Virus record (IMG/VR): IMGVR_UViG_3300028840_002358
Location: 1-54,657 of that record
Length of the DNA stretch: 54,657 nucleotides
Direction: 5' to 3' (one strand)
Source: a virus
Taxonomy: Duplodnaviria; Caudoviricetes
Below are positions 1-8,028 of this stretch, piece by piece. The notes under the pieces were generated by a model. That model did not search any database. It saw nothing but the letters and a program-made list of their open reading frames with translations, and had not been told where the DNA came from. The first letter of the stretch is position 1. The number at the start of each line of letters is the position of its first letter. The position numbers were made by a program, and so were the translations under genes.

Positions 1-144
1 GTCAGAAAGCGGCTTGTCGCTGGACAGCACACCCGGCAGCATCACACCGTGGTCAAAGAACAGCTTGAGAAAGTGCGTGATCGAGTTGTCCACGTCGGCG
101 GATCGAGCCATCGGGCTGATGGGCGAGAGCCCATAGCCCATCCC
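1..144. repeat. Terminal overlap identical to 54514-54657 (circular assembly overlap)
   Basis: 144-nt exact direct repeat at both ends, lying inside the portal ORF, which reads in frame across the join. Confidence 0.97.
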
Positions 145-789
145 CTCCAAGGGATCGAGGGGATTCGGTAGTTTCGTGTGCATCAGATCAGGCGGGGCGA
201 TCATCGTCGCCCGCCCGTTGTCTACCATCTCGGCGCGTGTTGCACCATTGGCCCGGCTGAACGCGGATCGGCCCTCTGGCACGTAGACGAAACCCAAGAT
301 CGTCGATATACCGTTCTTCTTACCCGGTATGATCAGCACGCGGTCCGGGCGGAGATTGTAGAGCGCTTCCGGCGGTGCGCTTGGACGCGGGCGGTCGAGC
401 AGGGTATAGTTGTTGCCGCTGATATTCAGATAGGTGATCGCCTGCTGCCGCATCTCGATCATTGACTGGTGCGGGTTGGGGCGGTCCACCAGCCGAGAGA
501 GCGGATCGTCAGGGGGCAACAGTTCCGGATCCTGCACGTCGCCGGTGTAGGCGCGCAGGGGGGCAGAGACCAACGCACGGCACTTGTACATGATGGCGCT
601 GTAGATCAGCGTATTGAGGTTAAAGCCCTCGTTGACGTATGCGGCAAAGTCCACGAGTTGCCACTGCGGCTGTTCGTCTACGTAAGACGGCCAGAGAAAC
701 GGGGCAACTTTGCGCGCACGAGGGGCAGGGGCAGGCGCCGACGTTTCCCCCGTGAATGCGTATTTTACTCTCTGCCAGAATGTTGTCAT
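1..789 (-). CDS. Phage portal protein, HK97 family, N-terminal part (continues at 54513-53866; ~478 aa total)
   Basis: Manual translation from ATG 789 (GAGGG RBS): MTTFWQRVKY...LVDRPNPHQS...YLNISGNNY...LYNLRPDRV; in frame with ORF 53866..54654 (GYGLSPI, FGVPPILVG, TYANYREARQAFW). Confidence 0.92.
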   Translation of the reverse strand, partial: MTTFWQRVKYAFTGETSAPAPAPRARKVAPFLWPSYVDEQPQWQLVDFAAYVNEGFNLNTLIYSAIMYKCRALVSAPLRAYTGDVQDPELLPPDDPLSRLVDRPNPHQSMIEMRQQAITYLNISGNNYTLLDRPRPSAPPEALYNLRPDRVLIIPGKKNGISTILGFVYVPEGRSAFSRANGATRAEMVDNGRATMIAPPDLMHTKLPNPLDPLEGMGYGLSPISPMARSADVDNSITHFLKLFFDHGVMLPGVLSSDKPLSD

Positions 790-800
790 CCGTCCCTCAA

Positions 801-831
801 AGAAAAAAGCCACACCCTCAGAGTGTGGCTT
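801..831 (-). terminator. Intrinsic terminator-like hairpin directly upstream of the portal gene
   Basis: Minus strand AAGCCACAC-TCTGAGG-GTGTGGCTT followed by TTTTCTTT. Confidence 0.6.
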
Positions 832-898
832 GCGCGAGACTCTGGAAGTGTGGCGTGCTGATCGAAATCAGGAGGCCGTATTCAGTTGGCCGGTGACT

Positions 899-1399
899 CT
901 ATTCTATCCAACTCCTACGATTCAAAGCGCGTGTGAGGCCGGGTTGCAATGCAATCTCAGGTATCTCTGCCGACCAGATCTCCCCGTTTTCCGATGTGCC
1001 TTTCCAGTACCAGGACAAGACGACCTTACGCGCCTTGACCGTCCTTTCTATCGGAACGCGAAACCCGCCCACGGCGGCCAGCATGAGTTCATCCCTGTAC
1101 TCTGCTGGCACAAGATAGCCGCCCGGATCGTTTTTTACAGGCAGTGTTACTTGCTTGAACTCGTCTCCATCGAAGACGGGGATTGTCATAAACCGCTGCC
1201 TGATAGACTGCAAATCCGCGCCTGACCATTGCTCCTGTCTCAACCCCAGCACATCGGCCATAACGTCGCGCTCTTGCGGTGTCAGGTCGCTGGCCCCGTG
1301 CACTGGCTCAATCAGCGATTCAGGCATAAGCACTGCCGTCGCCGCTGTAGCAAGTAGGCTCTTTAGAAATTGTCGCCTAGTCAGTTTCATTTTTGCCAT
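899..1399 (-). CDS. Hypothetical protein with twin-arginine-like N-terminus
   Basis: LTRRQFLKSLLATAATAVL at the N-terminus; GGGGG RBS-like sequence upstream. Confidence 0.65.
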   Translation of the reverse strand: MAKMKLTRRQFLKSLLATAATAVLMPESLIEPVHGASDLTPQERDVMADVLGLRQEQWSGADLQSIRQRFMTIPVFDGDEFKQVTLPVKNDPGGYLVPAEYRDELMLAAVGGFRVPIERTVKARKVVLSWYWKGTSENGEIWSAEIPEIALQPGLTRALNRRSWIE

Positions 1400-1490
1400 T
1401 ACCCCCTAGCTTCCATCGCTTGATCGCCGCTGCAATCGCGCACACAGCGCGGTAGACGGCTTCCCAAAAGGCGTGATCGGCGTCATTCAA
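1377..1490 (-). CDS. Small hypothetical peptide (MNDADHAFWEAVYRAVCAIAAAIKRWKLGG..., 37 aa)
   Basis: Manual translation; fills the gap between flanking genes; TTG start with GGAG upstream. Confidence 0.4.
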   Translation of the reverse strand: MNDADHAFWEAVYRAVCAIAAAIKRWKLGGNGKNETD

Positions 1491-1782
1491 GGTCCTGCTC
1501 CAAATCCAAAAACGCCGCCTCGATACCGCACGGCCCAGACCACAAAGCTGAGGCTACATTCAGGTCGGCATCCTCAAGTAGCCGTTTATCGTACCACGTT
1601 TCAGCATAGGCCGCTTCTTGCCGTCGTTCACTCCATAGCTTCACGCACAAACACAGCGTCCCGCTTGGCAGAAAAGCCGCCTCATATCCAGACACACGAG
1701 GCACATTGTCTACCTGAAGCACGCGAGGGTCTAGCGCCTTGATCTGATCCCACAAAGCGCGCTCTTGCTCTGTCGTCTCCAC
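1483..1782 (-). CDS. Hypothetical protein
   Basis: ORF track 1483..1830; GTG start at 1782 abuts the upstream stop. Confidence 0.55.
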   Translation of the reverse strand: METTEQERALWDQIKALDPRVLQVDNVPRVSGYEAAFLPSGTLCLCVKLWSERRQEAAYAETWYDKRLLEDADLNVASALWSGPCGIEAAFLDLEQDLE

Positions 1783-1783
1783 C

Positions 1784-2113
1784 CTACCCCCTACGCATCT
1801 TGGCGGCCACCTCATATTCCATAGATGCAATTTGCTGCCTGCTCTGGCTCTTCTTTAGCCCATACTGCGCGATTTCATCAAGGCTCAATCCGAACAGCAC
1901 AGCTATTGCATTCACGTACCACTGGAGATCGGCCAGATCATCAAGCAATTGCTCTTGATCTACCTCTCCAGTGCGAAAATAGGCACGCACCGTCCCCGCT
2001 ACCTCGCCCATCTCCTCCGTGGCCGACGCCAGAATGTACGCGATTGTATCGCCGCGTGTAGACAGTCGATCAATAGTTTGCGCAGCCTCTCCTTGAAACA
2101 CAGCAAAATCCAC
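1784..2113 (-). CDS. mazG: MazG-like nucleotide pyrophosphohydrolase
   Basis: EEMGEV...DDLADLQWYVNAIA..FGLSLDEIA acidic MazG/all-alpha NTP-PPase motif. Confidence 0.8.
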   Translation of the reverse strand: MDFAVFQGEAAQTIDRLSTRGDTIAYILASATEEMGEVAGTVRAYFRTGEVDQEQLLDDLADLQWYVNAIAVLFGLSLDEIAQYGLKKSQSRQQIASMEYEVAAKMRRG

Positions 2114-2136
2114 TTTACCCCCTAGTAACACTCATT

Positions 2137-2343
2137 CTATGAAATGAAGGCTTGATCTCTCCAATAAGTGGACCACGGATAATCCCAATCTGTGACGGCT
2201 TTTTGCTTGACCATGACCCACTCCAACCAGCGAACCTCATAGCGTCCAGTTCCCTCGACGTTCAAGCCTACAGGCAACCAAAGAAAACGCCGAACTTTTC
2301 GCACCGATCCGGGATTAGGTATAGATCGCCTACTCAGTTTCAT
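2137..2343 (-). CDS. Small hypothetical protein
   Basis: ORF in operon context; RRFLWLPV...EVRWLEWV. Confidence 0.5.
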   Translation of the reverse strand: MKLSRRSIPNPGSVRKVRRFLWLPVGLNVEGTGRYEVRWLEWVMVKQKAVTDWDYPWSTYWRDQAFIS

Positions 2344-2351
2344 TCTACCCC

Positions 2352-3623
2352 TTACCTGAGCACCCACCCGCCGCCCTGACCGATGGCCGCATAGCGCAGC
2401 GCGTCCAGACGGTGAAACTCTCGCTTATTGTCGATCTTGTCTGTCGGTTCGCCCATACTATCCAGCTTGCGCCGGTAGGTGCCGAACTCGTCAATGAGGC
2501 CAGAACACGAACGGAACACAGCCAGCGAACCGTCTTTGAGCCACTCGATCACCTTGTCGATCCCGCTCTCTACCTCGGTGATCCTCGGTTCGCCCAGCAC
2601 CAGCCCTCCATCTGCCCAATCTCGGCGGTATTGCCCCTCCGACTTGCTGCCCCCGTAAGCGGTGAAAAAGCAGCCGTCGGGCAAGTTGGCCCGCACGCTC
2701 TGCGCATATTCCTTGCTCGTCTTATCCCCGGTCATCTGTTCGTCGTAGACGATCCACTGCTGTGTGTCCGGGTTCTGCGCCAGGTAGACGACGGCGGTAT
2801 TGGCCCCGCCAAAGTCCACACCGATCAACCGCTCCCACTCGTTGGGAATTGCAAAGGGCTCCACGATCATCGACGGTTCAAACGCCGAATAGATCAGCCC
2901 TGCCGGCTTGGTGAACTGGCCCAGGTAGCGCATTCGATAGCGCCAGTCCTGCATCGTCTTGCGCCTGCGTTCCTGCTCCCGATCAGGGAAAGCCGGGTTG
3001 AGCGCGCTTGAGAAATTGACCACCTCAACGTCAGATGCGCCGCGCTGCCATCGGTCGTAGATCTCCGACTTGAGCCACCCCAGGTTGTAGGGCGTCGTAG
3101 TCCCTAAGCATCGGCCCTCGTGCAGGGAGAGCCGCGCCTGTACTGCGTTCCAGTCCTCAAGCGTGAAAGCATCTTGGCCGCATTCGTCGAGCCACGCAGC
3201 TTTTGCCGTGGCGCTCTCCAGGCCCCCGCCTGTACTGGCAGACCTTAGAATGATACGTCCCCACATCGGATCATCGCTGCGCTTGGCGAGAAATCCGCGC
3301 TTTGGATCGCGCAGCTCGATCACCTTGTCGCCTGCCCACCAGCGCCCGATGTGGAGAACGCTCTCAAATACAATGCGCATCTCGGGCAACATTTTCAATT
3401 TGAAAAGGTCATAGCTTGCCGTGACTGCTAGATAGTCCCCTGCGCCGTTGCGCTGGATTTCCCGGTAGAGCCACCAGGGACCATAAGCCGTCTTGCCGCT
3501 TTGCGTCCCAGCAATGATAAACACGAACCGCTTGCCAGACCGCCACGCTCGCGCCTGTCCGGGGTGGGGCGAGAGGATCGCTTGGCCCTTATCATTCGTC
3601 GTCCACAGCGTCGTCTGCGCCAT
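2352..3623 (-). CDS. terL: Terminase large subunit
   Basis: HPGQ adenine motif, Walker A GTQSGKT, Walker B AWLDE, TTTP coupling motif, nuclease GVDFGG and HRLDALRYA. Confidence 0.93.
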   Translation of the reverse strand: MAQTTLWTTNDKGQAILSPHPGQARAWRSGKRFVFIIAGTQSGKTAYGPWWLYREIQRNGAGDYLAVTASYDLFKLKMLPEMRIVFESVLHIGRWWAGDKVIELRDPKRGFLAKRSDDPMWGRIILRSASTGGGLESATAKAAWLDECGQDAFTLEDWNAVQARLSLHEGRCLGTTTPYNLGWLKSEIYDRWQRGASDVEVVNFSSALNPAFPDREQERRRKTMQDWRYRMRYLGQFTKPAGLIYSAFEPSMIVEPFAIPNEWERLIGVDFGGANTAVVYLAQNPDTQQWIVYDEQMTGDKTSKEYAQSVRANLPDGCFFTAYGGSKSEGQYRRDWADGGLVLGEPRITEVESGIDKVIEWLKDGSLAVFRSCSGLIDEFGTYRRKLDSMGEPTDKIDNKREFHRLDALRYAAIGQGGGWVLR

Positions 3624-4164
3624 CGTCCCCCGGCATTCTTACCACGACCTCTGTAATGATCGGGATCGCGCCGCCTTCGCCTGTGCCACTATGCTCAATC
3701 TTGGATGCCGCATAAACACCGAAAATCTTGCATCGCATCTCGATGCACCACTGGACGCCGCGCAGAAAAGACGGATCGCCCGCTTGACCCTTGGTCGTTC
3801 TCTCGATCTGCTCTGTATGCACGCGCCCCGGCACATCTGACGGCTGCCCTTTCTGCTTGACCGTCTCAGCGTCTTTGCAACTTTCAAGCCACGCCCGCCA
3901 ATAGGTGCGCTCCAGTTCATTGATCCGGGCAAGCTCTTGCGCCTTGGTCTCGTCAAGATCGATCAGCGCCGATTCTCGCCATTGCTTGATCAATTGCTGA
4001 ATATCATAGCTGACCATCTGCTGAGAGAGCGCATAACCTCGCCCTGTCTCTGGTTGGCTCAATTTCTCGGCAATCTCGGCCTGCTGCCAACCCTGCAAGT
4101 ACAGAGAAGCAATCTCTCGGCGGTCGCGTTCTATTTGCAGCGCGTTCCGAATGTTAGCCGCCAT
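3592..4164 (-). CDS. terS: Terminase small subunit (N-terminal HTH)
   Basis: Directly upstream of terL; LYLQGWQQAEIAEKL HTH; C-terminal KIEHSG...GGAIPI typical of TerS. Confidence 0.75.
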   Translation of the reverse strand: MAANIRNALQIERDRREIASLYLQGWQQAEIAEKLSQPETGRGYALSQQMVSYDIQQLIKQWRESALIDLDETKAQELARINELERTYWRAWLESCKDAETVKQKGQPSDVPGRVHTEQIERTTKGQAGDPSFLRGVQWCIEMRCKIFGVYAASKIEHSGTGEGGAIPIITEVVVRMPGDDGADDAVDDE

Positions 4165-4200
4165 ACAAACCCCAGCACAAAGCGCCGCCCCCGCCCTCGC

Positions 4201-5448
4201 TCATTGCGTCACCCGTCGCGGCGAGAGGCCCATACCGGCAAGGCGTTCGAGGGTGACAGAGACATATTTCGGTTCGATGTCACAAGCTCGTCCAATGCGC
4301 TGCATCTGCTCACAGGCAGCTAGCGTGCTACCCGACCCAACAAATCCATCGAATACTACATCGCCTGGGCAACTGCTATATTCCATTGCCCGCCTCGGCA
4401 ATTCTATCGGCTTCTGTGTCGGATGCTTGTAATCAGATGCGGCATCGCGCCCTATCTGCCACAAGGTCGTAAGACTTCTGTCTCCGCAAAAGTAATGTTC
4501 GCCATGTTTCCAGCCATACAACAGCGGTTCATGCTGCGCACGATAGTCTTGCCACCCCATCGACGCGGCTGGTTTGGCCCAAATAATTGTACAACTGAAT
4601 TTCCAGCCAGCGTCACCAAAAGCCAATTCAAACGCCGGACGTGTGCCACGCGGACGGTCCGCGTGGCACACGTAAACCACGCAACCATCCGCCATCGCTT
4701 TATCCCAAGCCTTAAACGCGCAAGCCAGGAATGCCCGCAGCTCAACAGGATCAAGATCGTCGTTTTCGATGACTTGATGTGTCGTACTCTGGCCTCGGCC
4801 AGAGTACGACACGCCATAAGGCGGGTCAGTCCATACCAGCCCCGCCCTCTCCCCACCCATCAACCGCCCCACATCCGCCTCACTTGTCGAATCCCCGCAC
4901 ATCACCCGATGCGACTTGCCCGGTACACTGGCGCTTGGTATCTCCCACACATCGCCCCTGACAACGCCCCACTTCTCTTGCAACTCTTGCGCCTTGTCCA
5001 CCTGCCCGCCGGGATCCTCTGCCGGTTCGTCCTCCCCCCAATCAAGCTGTAACTCGCCCTCGTCAAAACCCCAATCGAGCAGGTCGCCTACCTCAAACGA
5101 GTTTGCCAGTTCCTCCCAGTCCCATTGGCCCATCGTGCCCCGGTGCAGGAACACGACCAGCTTTTGCCGTTCCTTCTCGGTCAGCGGGCGGGACGCCACA
5201 CGGACGTCCACCTCGTAATCCGGGCCATACCGCGCCGACGCTGCCCACACATAGCGGCGCTGATGGCCGTCGTATATCTCGTTATCCGGTCCAATCGCGA
5301 TGGTCTGAATCTGCCCGAACGTGTCGAGCGATTCAATCAGCCGCGCACCCTCACGCTCGTGAATCTCACGCGGGTTATGGTCCCACGGTACAAGGTCCGA
5401 GAGTTTGCGCCGCTCATTTGTCCAAGCGATCGCGCCGTTCTCACTCAC
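4201..5448 (-). CDS. ParB-like domain fused to N6-adenine/N4-cytosine DNA methyltransferase
   Basis: NPR...GHQR ParB/Srx motif; CGDS, TDPPY, HPTQKP, DGFVGSGST MTase motifs. Confidence 0.9.
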   Translation of the reverse strand: MSENGAIAWTNERRKLSDLVPWDHNPREIHEREGARLIESLDTFGQIQTIAIGPDNEIYDGHQRRYVWAASARYGPDYEVDVRVASRPLTEKERQKLVVFLHRGTMGQWDWEELANSFEVGDLLDWGFDEGELQLDWGEDEPAEDPGGQVDKAQELQEKWGVVRGDVWEIPSASVPGKSHRVMCGDSTSEADVGRLMGGERAGLVWTDPPYGVSYSGRGQSTTHQVIENDDLDPVELRAFLACAFKAWDKAMADGCVVYVCHADRPRGTRPAFELAFGDAGWKFSCTIIWAKPAASMGWQDYRAQHEPLLYGWKHGEHYFCGDRSLTTLWQIGRDAASDYKHPTQKPIELPRRAMEYSSCPGDVVFDGFVGSGSTLAACEQMQRIGRACDIEPKYVSVTLERLAGMGLSPRRVTQ

Positions 5449-5867
5449 ATCCCGCCCCCTGGATTGCCCCCGACCGCTTGGGGGGGAGAGCGATCAGGAG
5501 CATTCCGAGAAGCGCGATGTGCTGCGCTAATGTTGTACATCTCGACAAACGCGCTCAAGTCCTCCACCGGCCACAGATGCTCAGGCACATCCAAGCCGAT
5601 AGATGGACACGAACCGTCCGCTTGCCTCACACAGTAGGACGCAAAAGGCCCGGCGTCATAGGCGCGGGCCATCAGGGTAGAGCCATCGGGAAAGCGAAGA
5701 TAGAGCAAATCGCCACATTGCACCCGACCATCTTGGTAGTGCTCGATAGGTAGGGCGAGCCAGGGGGAATAGGCAGTGTCGTAGTAGCGGGGAGCATCAG
5801 GGGTAGAGCAATACAGCGGTTGCCCAATGCGACCTGCGTAGACTGTGGCGAGAACCAAAGAGAGCAT
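5445..5867 (-). CDS. RlpA/3D-like double-psi beta-barrel protein, candidate cell-wall lytic enzyme
   Basis: ATVYAG...LALP...CGD..LRF.DG...ARAYDAGP...GLDV pattern resembles DPBB lytic transglycosylase-like domains. Confidence 0.5.
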   Translation of the reverse strand: MLSLVLATVYAGRIGQPLYCSTPDAPRYYDTAYSPWLALPIEHYQDGRVQCGDLLYLRFPDGSTLMARAYDAGPFASYCVRQADGSCPSIGLDVPEHLWPVEDLSAFVEMYNISAAHRASRNAPDRSPPQAVGGNPGGGM

Positions 5868-5879
5868 TCAAATTCCCAC

Positions 5880-5940
5880 GGGGGCGAGGCCCACCCTCGC
5901 CCCCTCGACAAGGAGAACATACGGGGCGACACAACCCCGT
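5880..5940 (-). ncRNA. Candidate anti-Shine-Dalgarno small RNA / late-leader RNA
   Basis: Begins 7 nt after a perfect -10; 6-bp hairpin, single-stranded AUGUUCUCCUUGUCGA, then perfect 10-bp GC hairpin; the linker is complementary to the GACAAGGAGAACA RBS motif of early genes. Confidence 0.6.
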
Positions 5941-5946
5941 GTCCCC

Positions 5947-5975
5947 ATTATAACCGATGGTACACCAGTTGTCAA
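5947..5975 (-). promoter_or_regulatory. Perfect sigma70-type promoter driving the leftward (late/structural) arm
   Basis: TTGACA-17 nt-TATAAT on the minus strand. Confidence 0.85.
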
Positions 5976-6028
5976 TAGCCCCGCGTTATGTCTAGGTATA
6001 CGGATGGTAACAAAAGGGCTAGAAATAC

Positions 6029-6058
6029 TTGACAGGCCCGCTCGATTTGTGGTATACT
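6029..6058 (+). promoter_or_regulatory. sigma70-type early promoter, divergent from the one at 5947-5975
   Basis: TTGACA-18 nt-TATACT with TG extended -10. Confidence 0.8.
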
Positions 6059-6105
6059 GTATCCAGATTGGACATGGACGCAGGGGGTGGCAAGGAGATA
6101 GGCGA

Positions 6106-6336
6106 ATGGACATCAGGACAAAGAGAATCCGAGACGCACAACCAGGCGAGATCGTAGCAGTTCCACTTGGCGGCATCAAGCCTACCGCAATCAAGATCGA
6201 ATCGCTTTTCTGCGTCATCGACCCCCCGCAACGATGCGCACAAGGTGAAGTCGTCGTGGCATTGGGCTATAGTACGTGCTCGGGTGTATCATTTGAGGCT
6301 GGCCGAATCGTCAGCGTCAACCTTGGTGCTCCATAA
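6106..6336 (+). CDS. Hypothetical protein (first early gene)
   Basis: ATG 6106 preceded by CAAGGAGA; frame of ORF 5845..6336. Confidence 0.6.
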   Translation: MDIRTKRIRDAQPGEIVAVPLGGIKPTAIKIESLFCVIDPPQRCAQGEVVVALGYSTCSGVSFEAGRIVSVNLGAP

Positions 6337-6428
6337 GCCCCGCCGGGCGGGGCAAGGCCCGGCACAAGGAGGCACGCAATGCTAGGCAGTCTCGTAATGG
6401 AGACGCCGGACACCGTAACCGGCAACAC

Positions 6429-6488
6429 CGGGCGCTGCCACACGGCGGCATTGGATGATAGCCCAAGGGTTCGATCCCCAAGCGCCCG
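6429..6488 (+). ncRNA. tRNA-like mini cloverleaf (non-canonical, ~60 nt)
   Basis: CGGGCGCT/AGCGCCCG closing stem, TGCC/GGCA and TTGG/CCAA arms, GGG-TTCGATC-CCC T-loop. Confidence 0.4.
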
Positions 6489-6587
6489 CATCAACGGGGG
6501 TAACTGGCTGCGCTGTTCGTGACACCCGACAAGCGCGATCCGCACGGCAGCGCGGCCTCATTTGACCGACAAGGAGAACAGACGACG

Positions 6588-6878
6588 ATGAACGCACAAG
6601 AGGCACTCGCCCAAATGGGCATCACCCAGGCGCGTACACCAGCGCCCGCCTTCCCCTATGCCGCGTATGATCTAGCATCTCGGACACAGGTCATCGCCAC
6701 AGCGCACGAAGATGCGCTGTGGGCGCGATTGGCCGACGGCACGCGGGCGCTGATCGCAGACCTGACCACCCTGCCCGAGTTGGCAATCCCCGACTGGATG
6801 CGCAAGGCGTTGCGACAGGCCGCCGATCTGCGCGACCTGCACGAGACGCAAGCGGATGCGGTTGGGGGGGCGCTGTGA
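6588..6878 (+). CDS. Hypothetical protein
   Basis: ATG 6588 after CGACAAGGAGAACA. Confidence 0.7.
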   Translation: MNAQEALAQMGITQARTPAPAFPYAAYDLASRTQVIATAHEDALWARLADGTRALIADLTTLPELAIPDWMRKALRQAADLRDLHETQADAVGGAL

Positions 6879-7042
6879 ACGAGGCGATCTACTGCGAGTT
6901 GTGCGGCCACGAGATCAAGGGCGACGACTATCGCGTCGTCGAGATTGACGGGCGCTTGACCACCATCTGCGGCGACTGCTACGCCGAGCCGCTCGAACCG
7001 CCTGAGTGGGCGCATACGCCAAGGAGCGCGAGCTATGCCTAA
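6875..7042 (+). CDS. Small zinc-finger protein
   Basis: GTG start overlapping the upstream stop; CELC...CGDC. Confidence 0.6.
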   Translation: MNEAIYCELCGHEIKGDDYRVVEIDGRLTTICGDCYAEPLEPPEWAHTPRSASYA

Positions 7043-7289
7043 GCGATGGCTCCCCTGTCAGTACCGCGCAATCCGAGCCGGTACGCCTATCTGCTTGCAC
7101 ATCTCCAAGGACGGTGGCGAGATGACCGTCTCAGTCGATGATTGTTGGGGCTGTCTATTTCGCGCCTACACGCCGTCAGGGCAACGGGCAGCAGAGCACT
7201 ACAGAAGCGAAAAAGGAAAAGCCATCTCGCCCCCCGAACGCGCCTGGCTCGACTCGCTGGGCATTCAACCGAGGCGCAGACGTGGTTAG
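7035..7289 (+). CDS. Cys-rich hypothetical protein
   Basis: Coupled ORF; CQY..C...CWGC. Confidence 0.5.
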   Translation: MPKRWLPCQYRAIRAGTPICLHISKDGGEMTVSVDDCWGCLFRAYTPSGQRAAEHYRSEKGKAISPPERAWLDSLGIQPRRRRG

Positions 7290-7575
7290 GCGACCGCGCT
7301 ACCCGCATCCCGACGCCAATCAGGCCGAGATCGTCCAGGCGCTCCGGGCGTGCGGGTTCCTGGTCCTGGACGTGAGTAGCACGCTCCCCACGCCTGACAT
7401 TCTCGTGTGGGGCTATGACCTCGACTCGCAGTCCGGTTTCTGGACCGCCTGGGAGATCAAGACGCCAGCGGGAAAACTCACGAGATCACAACGAATGTTT
7501 GCCGAGCTATGGCCCGGCGCTGTGCAGATCGCACGATGCGCCGGGGATGTATTAGCCGCCTACGGGCGGAATTGA
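7282..7575 (+). CDS. VRR-NUC / PD-(D/E)xK nuclease (Holliday-junction resolvase-like)
   Basis: DANQAEIVQALR..G...PDILV...EIKT..GKLT.SQ..F. Confidence 0.8.
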   Translation: MVRRPRYPHPDANQAEIVQALRACGFLVLDVSSTLPTPDILVWGYDLDSQSGFWTAWEIKTPAGKLTRSQRMFAELWPGAVQIARCAGDVLAAYGRN

Positions 7576-7588
7576 CAAGGAGAACGAA

Positions 7589-7783
7589 ATGACCAAGTTT
7601 CTACAGATGGACGAACAAGGGATCAACATCAATCACATCGTCTATATTCGGCATTATGTGGTTGGCGAGTCTGATCGTGTCGAAATCGAACTCGCCAACG
7701 GTCGCCAGCTTCTCTATACCAACGCCGAAGCACGGCGCTTTATGCACTGGTGGCGAGAACACGCTGAGGTATATGCCGCGTGA
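7589..7783 (+). CDS. Hypothetical protein
   Basis: GACAAGGAGAAC RBS; ININHIVYI. Confidence 0.65.
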   Translation: MTKFLQMDEQGININHIVYIRHYVVGESDRVEIELANGRQLLYTNAEARRFMHWWREHAEVYAA

Positions 7784-8010
7784 CAGTATCCCTCAGCAAG
7801 CTCAAGTCCCGCGCCAATGCACTCATTGGCCGGGAACTTACCTGGCACGACGCGCCGCACGGCTGGCATTCGCTGGCCTACGACGGCGACGACGTGATCA
7901 GCCTGGACCCGTTCAAGTTGCCGCACATCGCGCGGGTGAACGGGCGGACGATACCGCTGGATGTGCCCGAAAGGGAACCGGAAGCGGTACAAATGGAGCT
8001 TGAGTTCTGA
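7780..8010 (+). CDS. Hypothetical protein
   Basis: GTGA overlap with the upstream gene. Confidence 0.5.
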   Translation: MTVSLSKLKSRANALIGRELTWHDAPHGWHSLAYDGDDVISLDPFKLPHIARVNGRTIPLDVPEREPEAVQMELEF

Positions 8011-8028
8011 GGATGTGGAGACTGATAA

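Noticed and set aside
5845-6105. N-terminal extension of ORF 5845..6336, with 5907 GACAAGGAG as a plus-strand RBS
   Set aside because: It spans both promoters, no start codon follows the 5907 motif, and the RBS-supported start is 6106
6429-6488. Canonical tRNA gene
   Set aside because: Too short, 3-bp T-stem, 8-nt middle loop and no CCA; kept only as tRNA-like
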